From Eledone cirrhosa (Eukaryota), in contig OZ024755.1 in the NCBI GenBank assembly GCA_964016885.1, positions 13,702,001 through 13,766,000 on the forward strand: a stretch of 64,000 bases of DNA. Direction: 5' to 3'. The notes under the pieces are model-generated. The model did not search any database and was not told the origin of the DNA. It saw nothing but the letters and a program-made list of their open reading frames with translations. Both the position numbers and the translations under genes were made by a program. Positions 33,810 through 46,787 of this stretch are shown here, one piece after another (the stretch's first letter is position 1; each line of letters begins with the position of its first letter).

Positions 33810-34629
33810 CTCTACTCTAGGCACAAGGCCAGCAATCTAATAGATCTTGAATTACAAATTTCTCTCTTGTTCAGCATTGCACATGTACTCAAGAAAGTAG
33901 TTTGTTTGAAGTTGTTGTTGAAGCCTGATAAAGAGCAGAAGACCCAGTAATAATCATATTTATTGTGTAAAGCATCTATCACCTCGTCTTTGCTTTCACT
34001 TTGGTTATACTCAGGACTGCTACCAGTCTCCACATATAGGTCTTGTTGCTATTTTTGCTGCTATCATCACCCTCTTTCTTTAGCTTTTCTACCTCTGGTC
34101 AGAAGACATTTTTCCCAAGTGGCTCTAACTCTCATATATGTAGCATCTGAGCCTTCTGCCCTACACCATCCATTGGACTGAATTCTTTTCTGTTCCCACA
34201 ATAGTATATATAATTTTGAGATAGTCTTATTGTGTTTGGAGGTCAGCAGGACTCCATCAAACCATCTACTGTCATAGTTCATTTCCACACACATTGTTAA
34301 ATGGTGATGATGATGATCATGATGATTACTTGCTTGTATTGTGCAGTAAATGTGATGACACCTCATAACCCTCTTATTTCCTTTCCATGTGCATTGTGGT
34401 ATCAGTTTATGGGGAAGTGTATATCATGATGAAGTGAAGACAAAAAGACATGTCTCTTCACTGTGTCTTCAGTCTTCAAGACTAATCATATAATTCTATT
34501 TGCTCTCCTCCATTCATTTTAAGGTTCTATTATTAATAAACACAATTTCCCTATCATTAATGCTAATAATATATTTCTTTCTTCTATATGAGTGTAATTA
34601 TAATCAGACATTTTCTTTGCTCACTACAT

Positions 34630-34886
34630 TAACTCTTTCATTACCATATTTCTTATAGAGAACATTGCTGATAATTTTCGAACCATTCTGAAAATAATCA
34701 ACAATTTGAAGGGATTTAATAATAGAACTAACTTTGTAAATAATTATCTGGTGTTAACAAACTTTCGCAAAGTTTCTCATATGAAATTATAGTGAAAGAT
34801 TTTCAGATAAATATAAATACTTTAAAGCAGAGTTTTGTATCATAGAACAAAGGGTGGTTTTAGCCAGTTTGATATTAAAAGGGTTA
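34630..34886. mobile_element. Possible piggyBac-type MITE
   Basis: TTAACTCTTTCATTACC ... ATATTAAAAGGGTTAA, TTAA at both ends. Confidence 0.45.
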
Positions 34887-35829
34887 AAAATGAAGTGTTC
34901 TAGGATTATTTGATTGGCTTTCTATTCAACCACAAATTCCTTCCTTGGATACTGATTCCAGTCTGTATTGATTCTGTTTGAGAAAGTTGAGCTATCTTAG
35001 CTTGTTGTGGCCTTTCATTAATAATTTATAATGGACACCATAGCCTATTACTACTGATGACTGATTATTAGTTTTAAACAATGACACATACCAGATTTCA
35101 ATGTTGTTAAAGGTGACAGGTCACATTTAGTAGTAGTGTTAAGGGTGAAAGGGTGACAATGGGGTTTTATTGATGACATACTTACTACATCAGGTTTTGG
35201 CTAAGTTAAAGATGGAAGCTTATTCTAAATGACTTCTAGAAACAAACACAGATTAATAATAACTCTAAGTTACTGCTCAGCATTTAACCTGATAAATTAT
35301 GTAGAAAGACTAATTAGATTCTATATAAGAATATACATAATAATATCGTCATCATCATCATCATCATAATCATCATCAACACCATCATCATTTTATGCCA
35401 GTTGTCCATGTTGATATGAATTAGACATGTCAGCAAATGTCATTATAGTTCAGGTGATCTCATATTTGGAGTTACTGACTTCATAAATAGGTTGGAGGAT
35501 TATATCTTGTTTAGACATTTTCTGTTTTGTATGGTTTCTATTGCTTGATGCCCTTCATAATACCAATTATTTTACAGAGTGTAGTCAGAACATTTTATTC
35601 TAGTACATACTCTAAAGTTGCTAGTGATAAGATGGCTATCGACAATAAAAACTATGACAAAAATAGAAGATATATTCATCATCATCATCATCACCATCAC
35701 ACCTGCCTTTCCATGTCCTTGAGCAAGATACTTTATTTCACATTGCTCAAGTCTACTCAGCTAAAAAAAAAGTGCATTTGTAATCCCTAAAAGATTCAGC
35801 CTTGTCACACTATTACACTGAATCTCCCT

Positions 35830-36007
35830 AGCTGAAAAGTTCATAGGCTGACCAAGATACTCTCATGGAATGACCAAATGAGGTTTATTTTCAACATAGT
35901 CCCTTGAAAGAAGCAATGCAAGAGTTGAAATTAATGTATGCAAAATTTCACAACCCTAACATCACTCCTTCATAGTCTGCCTATGAACTTTACACCTGAC
36001 ACTCATA
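35830..36007. mobile_element. Tc1/mariner-like MITE, copy 2, nested in a family B SINE (~35710-36120)
   Basis: TIR-like AAAGTTCATAGGCTGAC / GTCTGCCTATGAACTTT. Confidence 0.65.
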
Positions 36008-37644
36008 GATTAAGAGTACATGTGTCGTTGGAATGTTCAGCCCCTTTTATGTTAATTTAATGAGCAGGCTATACTATTGATTAAACAACTAGAACACTCA
36101 TTGTCGGAACTGACAGAGAGGTCTAACACAACTATTAACACATTCATATCGGAATATATATTTACTGCTGCTCTAAACTAAGTTTCGTGTCAGAATCCAT
36201 AAAGGTAGCTCTGACAACTTCTGAAAGATTGCAATTTTGGCTTAATTAGATCTTATTCACTTTTAGTACTGTTAGGTTAAATATATCTATGCATATATAT
36301 CCAGAATTATTTATTTAGTGTAGATTGGATAATAAATGTGTGCGAATAATTATGTAAAACATCATAGAGCATACTAATTAATTAATTAGATATAACAATA
36401 GTTTTGCTCTAAAATGATTAATCCATTAACAGATTAGATGAAAATATTTATACAAAAAAACAAAAAAAAATGATTAAAATGAATAATTAAAGCTATTAAT
36501 AAAATATTAAAATGAAACTAATATTGTTTGAGATAATAAAAGGTATTGATAGTGATCTAAAAACCATTATGAATAGAGTTTTTTATTGGGGATATTTGTA
36601 TTTATAGCATTATATCTGAGAAATAGGCTATCAACATAGTGAAATATAACACTGCCATAAAGATTGGTGAATATTAAATGAAATAAATTCTTCTCAATTG
36701 GATGGCTACCATAATCTATCTTATTAAAATAATAATATTATAAAAAAAATTCTTGTTTAATATCAAATGACACTGTGTAGCTTTATCATGCACTTCTGAG
36801 GAGATATAAAATAACAAGATGCTTGGCTGCTTCAGTTGAAGAGAAGCCATATTGACAGTCAATCAGATGTGATGGCAATTCAAGAAGTGAGAGGAGTTGG
36901 TTGTTGATAATCATTTTCATGACTCAATTGGGATATTGGTGAACAGAGACAGAGAGAGGACAGAGAGAGGTGCCAGAAAGATGGGGTTAGAGGAGATGGT
37001 GAAGTTAGTGGCTTATTTCCTGAGAAATATAGTAATCCATTAAAATTATTAATGCAATAACAGGAATTAAGTCAAATGAAAAGATTGCAATGTTAGATGG
37101 GTTGTTTTAATACTTGATCTTTGAGATAAGCTAACTGATACATTCTCCTATATGCAACATGTTCTAAATAAAGTAGTTATACTAATTTCACATAGTAGGG
37201 CTACTGTTGTCTAGTTATATTAATATGTTATAGATAACACACAGTTCACCTAATAATAGTTACACTAACCAGGCATAGCAATGTCGGAGATATCCAGATC
37301 AATTCTGCAGCTATATTAAACAGACATGGTCCTGATCATCTGTTCAACTATATTAATCTCTTATCGTAAAACCACAGATGCGTAGATCAACCCTCCAGCT
37401 ATATTGATATGTCATAGTAAACACACAGCTGCTCAAACTAATTCTCCAGTTATATTAATCTAACTGTAGAGTCACACATGTCGAGATCAACTGTCCAGCT
37501 ATATTAAACTGCTATAGAAGTGGTACACAAGCCTAGATACACTCTCACTTTCCAGCTGCAGCTGTATTAAACTGACATAATAGTATCATAGATGTACAGA
37601 TCAATTCTCCAGCTCTTGTCCTATATAATAAAACCACCTATATT

Positions 37645-37765
37645 AAAGCTCACGGAGGCGATGACAAAAGACTGTGACAAATGGAGAGATGCCATGCTTA
37701 ATAAGACCCGTTCCACCTTTGCAAGCAGGGGAAAGCGAACGTAAAATGATGATGATGATGATGAT
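37645..37765 (+). mobile_element. RTE 3' terminal fragment with (GAT)n tail
   Basis: AAGCTCACGGAGG..TTGCAAGCAGGGGAAAGCGAACGTAAAATGATGATG matches 22274-22372 reversed. Confidence 0.8.
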
Positions 37766-38726
37766 TTTCCAACATAATTTTATATAAGTACCTTACATTA
37801 AGTTACTATCTTACTAATAAAATAAGTAATAATCTAAGTAACTCCCTCGAAATTCTTCATTAGTAAATTAGAATAGAGTGCATTCATTAGAAATGTAGTC
37901 ATGAAAGGGTTAAGTCACCATAGTGTTGCAGTTTTCCAGATCAACTGTACTATTTACCGAATAATAATAGCTAATATAATAAAGTTCTGGCTCCCTACAT
38001 CAACAGACATAGCTACCTAATAATAACTATACTTAATTAACACAGAAGAGTCACAATTCTCCAGCACAACTAACTGTACAGCTATAATGATTAACTGCTA
38101 TAATGTCTTATAAGCTAACAGATAATTACATTTTATTAATCCTTTCATTTTCACACTTTTAAAGAAATACAGTTGTTGACATTTCATTTTTGAAAAATAT
38201 TTGGAAGAATTTCATAAAATAATTCAATTTTTAGTCATTAAGCTGGTGCTTGGAACACACATTAACTCTTTTGATACATAAAATCACATAAAATATGATC
38301 ACATAAAATATGATCACATAAAATAACCCCTGATTCTATAATATAAAAAAATCTATTTTGAAGTTAATATATATTTAAATTAACTTTCCTGTGTAATTGT
38401 ATGAAAGAACATTTTAAAGTGCCACATACACAGATATATAAGATGACCTTTTAAACATAAAAAATCCTCATTCTCAAAATAGGATATTGTCTATATAATC
38501 CAGATATAAAATAGAAGCCTTAAACTCTGTGGAATATGGTAAGTTGTTAGCGTGGGTGATGATTAATGTGAGATTAACTGCTGCCTTGGTAAATACCAGC
38601 ATATCTTATTAGTACAATCATCTTATAAACAAACAAATACAGTGGATATATTCAGGTCTAACCCATGCTAGCATGGAAGATAGACGTTAAACGATGATGA
38701 TGATTCCAAACAGAAACTTAATAATT

Positions 38727-38936
38727 GTCTCTACATTTGGTGCAAGGTCATCAATTGGAAGAGAAGGGGAAAGTTGATTAAATTGACCCCAGTGAAGTAC
38801 TGGTACTTTATTTTATTGATCCTGTGAGGATGAAAGGCAAAGCTAACCTTGGAGAGATTTCAACTTAGAAAGGAACATAACTACATGCCACAAAGCATGT
38901 TGTCTAACACTACCAATACTGTCAATCCACCAGCCC
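38727..38936 (-). mobile_element. SINE family A
   Basis: GGATGAAAGGCAAAG core and ends match the other copies. Confidence 0.78.
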
Positions 38937-39689
38937 TCAAAAAACACAAACTTAATAATGACAAAATAAGTTGTTTTACTAGACTCTTCCAAAATATTGT
39001 TTATTAAGCAGTGCAATTTTGCTAGAATTATAATGATGAAAGCAGATTTCTTAACCCCAAAGTCATGCTTGACCCATCTTTCTAGTTGAACAAAATAGCT
39101 ATTCATGTGTAAGATTTTTCATATTTTTGTCACAGTAGAAGCTGATTAAATGATTGATATTATATCAATATGATTCCCTGATTGAAGAGTAATCAATGTA
39201 TTTTATTTATTAATGAATGTGAGCCATTGGTTGACGTTGGGTCACTGTAAGCCACCGATTGATAGGGAATCAATTTGATCCACTGTTTGAAGATGAATCA
39301 ATGTGATTTACTTATTGATGAATTAATCAGTGTGATCTATCAATTGATGTAATTGTTCAACTTGTTTTAAGTCAGTAAAGTAAATTATATGATCATTTGA
39401 GTTATTGTGTAGTTATAATATACTAGATATTAATATATAAGTGAGATGACAGATCCCTGGATTGTCTGGAAGATCAATAGCCACCACTTCAGTACTGACT
39501 TGATCTATGTAGACCCGTCAAACCCTTGCATGGGTTACAATGATGATGATGAAAACTAAATGTAGCAGTGAGATAGCTGACTTAATTGAATGTTGAAAAA
39601 AGGTAAAAACAGTATTCAATTTTCAGTTTGAATATCACTGAGATTAAATATTTTACAGGGGGCAAGAAAACAAATAGCAGAAAATGCAA

Positions 39690-39975
39690 ATACCAAATTG
39701 ACATTAATAAAATCTTTAATAAAGTGTCACATGCTGATCCTTCTGGTGAAACTCAAGTCTTATAGATTATATCCAGGGCCTTGCCTTTCCTTTGGCTCAG
39801 GAAGACTTCAGCAAAAAAGGCATCTGGATAAATGTGAGGATTACCCAAGGTGGATTAAGTCATTCTATGCTAGGATCATTGTTATCTCACCTTAAACATG
39901 AACCATTTTCCACATGGGGAGATATAATGCAGCTATATCTATTCTGATGATGATGAAGGATGTATCTCCAGCATG
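39690..39975 (+). pseudogene. Highly degenerate CR1/L2-type reverse transcriptase fragment
   Basis: Across frameshifts: DINKIFNKVSH, LLVKLKSY, ITQG..SMLGSLL, YSDD, in the order of DFSKAFDKVPH/LLxKL/PQGSVLGPLL/YADD. Confidence 0.55.
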
Positions 39976-41277
39976 GTCAGATATGATAGATGCATGCTAT
40001 TCAAAATCATCATCATCATTATTATCTTCTCTTTCTCCTGTCCTCCCCTTCCTCCTCCTCTATTAGAATGGTTCTTCAAGAAAGTCTTGAAATGGCAGCA
40101 CCAACTATTTTATAATGTTTAATGAGATCAATATAAATTGCTACTTATTGAACAGAAAAACAAACTACTTCACTCACATTTGTCATTAGGAATTCCCAAA
40201 TGAAAAGATTTCCTTCACAACACAATACTTAGCAATTGCCAAGTCCAGCAAACTACTGCAGAAGCTTCATATTTTCAAAATAGCTAAGACCACATTCAGC
40301 ATACTTGACTTTCTTGTTACATACAAGAAATACTGGAATATTTGGCAACAACTTTCAATTTAATTGTCTTGCAAAAAGGAAAGGAAATTCTTCAGGCTTT
40401 TATGAAGAAATCCTTACTTTATTGGCAGGAAATTATAGAAAAATAGAAATTAATCATTATTAACTGAATTAAAGGAGAGCAACACTTAAATTTATCTGGG
40501 TGGGTAGTATTAGTAATTAAAAGGGGGTTGGCAGAATCAGTAGAGAAAGGAGTAAAATACCTTGTGGTATTCGCTGGCCTATTGGATGCCTCTTCACATA
40601 AGACGCTCCTTTTTTTTAATTATATATTACATTATATTTTAATGTTAATAGACATTTTTATGTCTAATATTCACAGATGCTCTAGGAATGTAACCCCCAC
40701 GAATACCGGGGGACAACTGTATATGTATAAAGTAGTTTGTTTCTAGTGTATGTGTGTTTAGCATGATAATGATGAAAATGTTATATATATATATATATAT
40801 TGACTGCCGTTGTTTCTGACAATGAGTGTTCCAGTTGTTTGATCAACGGAATGGCCTGCTGATGAAATTAACATGTAAATGGCCGAGAATTCCACAGACA
40901 CGTGTATTTTTAGAGTAATTCTCAGAGAAATTCAGTATAACAAGGCTGCCCCTTTGAATTACAAGAATAGTCCATCCAATGGGCTACCAAACAGTTTCCA
41001 TCTACTAAATTTCATTCACAAGACTTGGATTGACCTGAGGTGATGGTAAATAACACTTGCCCAAGATATCACACAGTGGGATGGAAACCTGGACCTAATG
41101 ATTGCAAAGAAAACTCTATAATCATTTGCCCATGGTATGTCTACACACATGCATACACACAATTTTTTCACAGAGAATATTCGATGAAGAATATTCTGAT
41201 ATGATCATGAAACATTTGATCAAGAAAACACTTGTAGTAAAAAGATTGTATATATATATATATATATATATGTGTAT

Positions 41278-41323
<46 letters not shown>

Positions 41324-43197
41324 GTGTGTGTGTGTGTATAGTTTGAGGGATTTTTGTATCAAGTGTCTTCTCATTCTTTGGATTAAGATAATCCTTATAT
41401 ATACACACAACTATCTATATAAATATATCTATAACTAGATATCTCTCTATATTAAATGATGCATACAAGTCCTTATACCAGCAGCAATGTATAAAGCTGA
41501 CAGCATTACAGTGAATATGACATTAGCTGTGATATAACAGGATTTTCCATGTTGACCCTTTCTAAACAGATTATCTCACTCACTACTTGCATTTATATTC
41601 AGTTAGCTTTTCTTCTCTTTCTTTTCTTATTTTCAGCTCATTTCCTTTAAGTGTGTGTTATCTAATTAAATGTCTTATTTCACTTCTTTATTTGGCTCCA
41701 ATTATTATCTATTCCTATCTCATCTATTTTCCTTATGTCCACATCACTATATTATTCTCTGTCACAAGCAGAATCCAACTCTTTCTTAACTGGTTTCAGC
41801 TGTTTATCTCCCAGAACACATACAGCGAGTCATTGTCATCTCACTACTGGTTTCCTTAAATCATTATCTATTAGTGTCACACTGATTGTTGATATAAAAC
41901 AGCGTCCAATTATTTACCTGTATTTTGGGAGATGCTTTTAAACTTGCCAAACACAAGAAGCCTTGGCAGGCAACTACTATGTTAAAGCTAACACATAAAC
42001 CAAAATTTACTAGCTTCCTATTATTAGTTGGAATTAAATTTTATGATATTTGTGTTAGGTTTAAAACACAGTGTGATGCAATATCATGATAATTATCATG
42101 ATCATCATCATTTTTATGACGACGATGAGGATGATGATGATCATCATGATGATGATCATCATTATGGTCATCATCAACATGATCATCATCATCATGATCA
42201 TTGTCATGATGATGATGATCATCATCATTCAACTGTAATAGCAGATGGCTTTAATCTTCCTCTGCATTGGAGAGTCAGTCAGATATTCACTGGCCCCTTT
42301 TTGACTCGGCAGCCCTTTCCTGAGCTTTCAAGGGCCCCAGATTGATATAATAGCTGAACATCTCTGTATCAAGCCTTAGGTTAGACCTAAATTAAGTAAT
42401 TTCTACTTGTGTTTTTTAATTATTAAAAGTTAGTCTTTCCGAAGCCTAGAGGCTGATCAGGCTGGATTTTATCCTGGTTTCATGTGGCATTAAGCAACTA
42501 AGAATACAAGACTTCCACCTGGAGGGGAGACTAGTCCATCGAAAGGTTTAATCCGCAGCTGCTGCTGCTGCTCATTCGTTTTTCAACTGAGTGGACTGGA
42601 ATGTGAAATGAGTACCTTCCTCAAGGACACAATGAGCCAACTGGTGCCAGAATCTAAGACATGAACACTCTGGTCATATGTCCAGTATCATAACCCCCAT
42701 ACCACATGCTTTCATTGGTAGAGGAGTTTAGGTGTTCACTTCAGAACCATGAGATACCAGGTTCGATTTCACTATATGACATTTTGGACATGTGTTTGGA
42801 CATAGTCTAAGGTCAATTCAAGCTCTTGTGAGTGAAATCATGTAGATGGAAAGTGTTTGTCAGATAGATTTTATCTGTCACATATTACCTGTGAACGATG
42901 TAAAGGGGACATGGGTAGCTTTGAATTACTTATGTATGCCAGCTGAGTAAACGGACTAAATAAACGACTATGTTCAAAGACAACACATCACCAGGAATTG
43001 AACTCAGATCCCTACGATGGTATATTGAATATATTGAAATCTATAACCACTTAGAATACGTGATTTCACATATACTTATAAGATAAAAAGCATCAATGTC
43101 AAACAGTGTAATATCTGATCTACACCTATAGGATAACAAGAGGAAACATCAACATGAACTAGTATGATGATGTTCTGGAATTCCACCAGTTTGCTAT

Positions 43198-43712
43198 GAG
43201 AGAGAGACAGAGAGGGGAAGAGGGAGAATGAGTGAGAGAGAAAGAGAGTGAGGGAGAGAGTGAATGAGTGAGGGAGAGCGTGAATGAGTGAGGGAGAGCG
43301 TGAATGAGTGAGTGAGAGAGAGAGAATAAGAGAGAGAGAGTGAATGAGAGAGAGAGTGAATGAGAGAGAGGGAGAGAGAGAAAGAATGAGTGTGAGTGGG
43401 TGAGAGATATACAGTGTGTGTGTGTGAGAGAGAGAGTGAGAGAAAGAGAGATAGGAAGAGAGAGTTTGTATATGTGCATGTGTGTGTGAGGGAGAGAGAG
43501 AGAGTGTAGGTGTGTGTGAGAGAGAGAGAGAGAGTGTAGGTGTGTGTGTGAGAGAGAGAGTGTGTGTGAGAGAGAGTGTGAGAGATAAAGAGAGAGAAAT
43601 AGAGGAAGTGCGTGTGTGTGTGAGAGAGAGAGAGAGAGTGAGAGAAAGAGAGATAGAAAGAGAGAGAGTGTGTGTGTGAGAGCGAGTGAGAGAAAAGGAT
43701 AGAAAGAGAGAG
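43198..43712. repeat. Compound (GA)n/(GT)n low-complexity tract
   Basis: Directly visible. Confidence 0.92.
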
Positions 43713-43747
43713 TGTGGGTGTGTGGCCTTTTGTATAGATTATTTCAG

Positions 43748-43915
43748 AAGTGTTGCAACAAGCTAACAAGACAACACAACTTCTTGGATGAGATCCATTA
43801 CGAACTGGAATTGATTACCAAGAGAGAAGCTGCTAAATGGAACACAAGCAATCAACTGAAGGACAGACAAGATAAATATTGGAATAACATTAAAACTGAA
43901 ATCACTAATATGTAG
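43748..43915 (+). CDS. Candidate terminal coding exon of an unknown host gene
   Basis: Acceptor TTATTTCAG at 43739-43747, then open frame KCCNKLTRQHNFLDEIHYELELITKREAAKWNTSNQLKDRQDKYWNNIKTEITNM*; no homology recognised. Confidence 0.35.
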   Translation, partial: KCCNKLTRQHNFLDEIHYELELITKREAAKWNTSNQLKDRQDKYWNNIKTEITNM

Positions 43916-43917
43916 AA

Positions 43918-44750
43918 AATGGTGGTCATGGTTGTGGTAATAGTGGTTGTGGTGGTAGTGGTGGTGGTCATGATGGTGGTGATAGTGGTTGTGGCGAGTG
44001 TGGTGGTGGTCATGGTGGTGGTGATAGTGGTTGTGGTGGTAGTGGTGGTGGTGGTCGTGATGGTGGTGATAGTGGTTGTGGCGAGTGTGGTGGTGGTGAT
44101 AGTGGTTGTGGTGGTAGTGGTGGTGGTGGTCGTGATGGTGGTGATAGTGGTTGTGGCGAGTGTGGTGGTGGTCATGGTGGTGGTGATAGTGGTTGTGGTG
44201 GTAGTGGTGGTGGTCGTGATGGTGGTGATAGTGGTAGTGGCGGGCGTGGTGGTGGTCATGGTTGTGGTGATAGTGGTTGTCGTGGTGGTCGTGATGGTGG
44301 TGATAGTAGTTGTGGCGGGCGTGGTGGTGGTCATGGTGGTTGTGGCGGTATGGTGGTGGTCGTGGTGGTGGTGATAGTGGTTGTGGTGGTGATAGTGGTC
44401 GTGGTCGTGGTGGTGGTGATAGTGGTCAGGGCGGTAGTGGTGGTGGATTGTTGATGATGTGGTGGTAGTTTTGATGGTGCTTGTGGTTGATACTGGTAAA
44501 GGTGTTGTTAGTCATGGTGGTGATGGTGGTTGGGATGGTGGGGATGGTATTTGTCATGATGATGTTGGTATTGATGGTGTATTGGTTGATCATGTGGTCG
44601 TGGTTTTGATGGTGTTTGTGTTGATGGTGTGGTCATGGTTTTGACAGTGTTTGTGGTTGATGTAGGTGTTGGTGGTAGGGTGATGGTGTGATGGTGATAG
44701 TTTTCATGGTACTGATGATGGTGGTAGTGTTGGAGTGGGTGGGGGTGGAA
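43918..44750. repeat. (GGT)n-derived compound repeat with ~60-bp higher-order units, decaying rightwards
   Basis: GTGATAGTGGTTGTGG recurs; GGCGAGTG/GGCGGGCG markers about every 60-80 bp. Confidence 0.92.
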
Positions 44751-45528
44751 CATTGCAAACAAGAGCAGCATTTACAGGTTTTAATTATCAGACATAAAAA
44801 TATTTGTAAAGTAAGTAAAGAGTCATTAGTTCTGAGTTAGTTCACATATGGTATCAAATGAAGCCAATTAAGTCATTTATGCAAATCTATGATCTTCCAT
44901 CAGTTTCGACGAAGAGCATTCAGTTGTTTGCTCAATTGAATGTCAAAGTCATGAATTAATGTGTAAGTGGTTGAGTATTCCTCAGACGTATGCCCTTAAC
45001 GGAATTCCTAGTCTAATCAATTTAATAAGACTTATGGTGACCTGAGGCTATGGAGTAAACACTTGTCTAGGTTGCCATACAGTGGGATCAAGCCCAAGAC
45101 CTCATGATTGCCAACCCAGCCATTTAACCACTCAGCCATACCTGCATCGACTGTTATCACATGGTATGGTATTAGATACAATGAATGTGCATGAACTAGT
45201 AGATAGAATGTTGGGATCACACTCATAAGGTTATGAGTTTGATTCCCTGGGATGGCTGGGATTCCCTGGGATGGGTGCCCTAATTCATTTGGTCAATGGT
45301 GCATCTAGCATACATAGATTCTCCTCCTCTACATAGTGTACTGTTGTGTTTTATTGTGGCATCAGTAGTAGAGAGGTTGTCATGACTTTTTTGGTAAGTT
45401 TTCTATGACTGTGCCCTTTCTAGCACCAGTCACATTATAGCACACACACACACATATATATTCTCTTTTACCTGTTTCAGCCATCCGCTGAGGCCATGCT
45501 GGGGCACCGCCCTTGAAAAATTATGAGC

Positions 45529-45586
45529 CTCCCCGGCCGGTCTCCCGCGTGACAGGCGGGGATACTTACCACTATACTACCAAGGA
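45529..45586 (-). pseudogene. tRNA-Asp(GTC) pseudogene lacking the T-arm/B-box
   Basis: TCCTTGGTAGTATAGTGGTAAGTATCCCCGCCTGTCACGCGGGAGACCGG|CCGGGGAG; about 14 nt incl. GGTTCGATTCC missing; TTTTT terminator at 45520-45516. Confidence 0.9.
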
Positions 45587-45590
45587 TTGG

Positions 45591-45636
<46 letters not shown>

Positions 45637-45725
45637 AATATATAAATATATATATATATAAATATATAAATATATATATAAATATATGAAATATAAGAAT
45701 CAAAGAACTGTTCAAAACATTATTG

Positions 45726-45772
45726 TGCTTACAGCTGTTTCCTCCAAACCGAGGTTTGGATTCTTCGGAGCA
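45726..45772 (-). ncRNA. Hammerhead ribozyme variant in inverted pLTR
   Basis: Exact reverse complement of 48231-48277. Confidence 0.7.
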
Positions 45773-45962
45773 ATTTATTAATGCATGGACAGTTATATGA
45801 CCTCCTTTTCAGCCGAGAGACATACCAATACATATTCAAACATTGATACATATTCAAACATTGTGGGTCAACATTCATTACAGAATTTAGAGTGGCAGTA
45901 CACACTTCGAGATTACATTTATATTAATAGGTACAATCAAAAATCAAAGATATAGGTTAAAG

Positions 45963-46787
45963 TACAACCCTCCCTTCAACCTAAATGTCTCCACCAACAT
46001 ACCTAGGGCTTTCTTCTCACTACTAGATAAAAACTTCCCTCTAGGACACAAGTACCACAACCTCTTAAACAAAAACACCATTAAAATCTCATACTCTACG
46101 ACGCCTAACTTAGCATACCACATAGCTAGCAGCAATAATAGTAAAATTAGTTCTTACTTCCAACAAACAAAATCACAACGGGATGCAAACCCTCTAAATA
46201 CCACTGTAGCAAGCAATAATAGCAACGGCAGTAACAATAGAAATAACACTAGTATAAGTAATAACACCAGGGTTGCCAACCCGAACACCCCAAATCCTAT
46301 ATCCACCACACAGACTTCCGCATTGCATTATAACCAGCGGACTAACGCACAGAATAATTGTAACTGTAGAGCTAATAGAACCTGCCCTTTAGATAAAAAA
46401 TGCCTAACCAAGGATGTCATATACTCATGCACAGTCACGACTAATAACTCTTCAGAAACCTATGTAGGCTCCACTTCTAACTGCTTCAAAATCAGATATA
46501 ACTCGCACATCCACTCGTTCAAAAAGCACAGCCTAGCCAACTCCACCTCACTTTCTAGCTACATACACTATCTAAAATCTAAAAATAAACCATACACACT
46601 CAAATGGGAAGTGATAGGCAGCGCGACCTCGTACAAACCACCTAATAAATTCTGTAACCTCTGTATACTAGAGACACACAATATTATCTTCTCCAACCGT
46701 AACCTACTTAACAAAAAATCTGAGGTGTTTGCAACTTGCCAGCACCGCCTCAGACATTCCTTCCAAAACTTTAAGCCCTATATATAG
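45963..46787 (+). CDS. C-terminal part of PLE ORF: RT thumb/linker plus GIY-YIG endonuclease (5'-truncated, no start)
   Basis: Stop-free frame: YNPPFNLNVSTNI..LDKNFP..NKNTIKISYSTTPN, Asn/Ser-rich linker, CNCR..CPLDKKC, VIY..YVGST..FKIRY..H, CNLCILE, LLNKKSE..CQH. Confidence 0.9.
   Translation, partial: YNPPFNLNVSTNIPRAFFSLLDKNFPLGHKYHNLLNKNTIKISYSTTPNLAYHIASSNNSKISSYFQQTKSQRDANPLNTTVASNNSNGSNNRNNTSISNNTRVANPNTPNPISTTQTSALHYNQRTNAQNNCNCRANRTCPLDKKCLTKDVIYSCTVTTNNSSETYVGSTSNCFKIRYNSHIHSFKKHSLANSTSLSSYIHYLKSKNKPYTLKWEVIGSATSYKPPNKFCNLCILETHNIIFSNRNLLNKKSEVFATCQHRLRHSFQNFKPYI

Noticed and set aside
33840-34290. 99-aa and 73-aa minus-strand ORFs as host genes
   Set aside because: No recognisable domain; faint RATR..RRGD remnants suggest a decayed CR1 3' fragment.
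42028-42345. His/Asp-rich protein ORFs (also 32428-32758, 60685-60965)
   Set aside because: Derived from (CAT)n/(GAT)n repeats that are common SINE/RTE tails here.
43852-44374. Mucin-like poly-Thr or poly-Val ORFs
   Set aside because: Trinucleotide (GGT)n repeat open on both strands; no supporting gene structure.
45529-45586. Functional tRNA-Asp gene
   Set aside because: T-arm and B-box are deleted.
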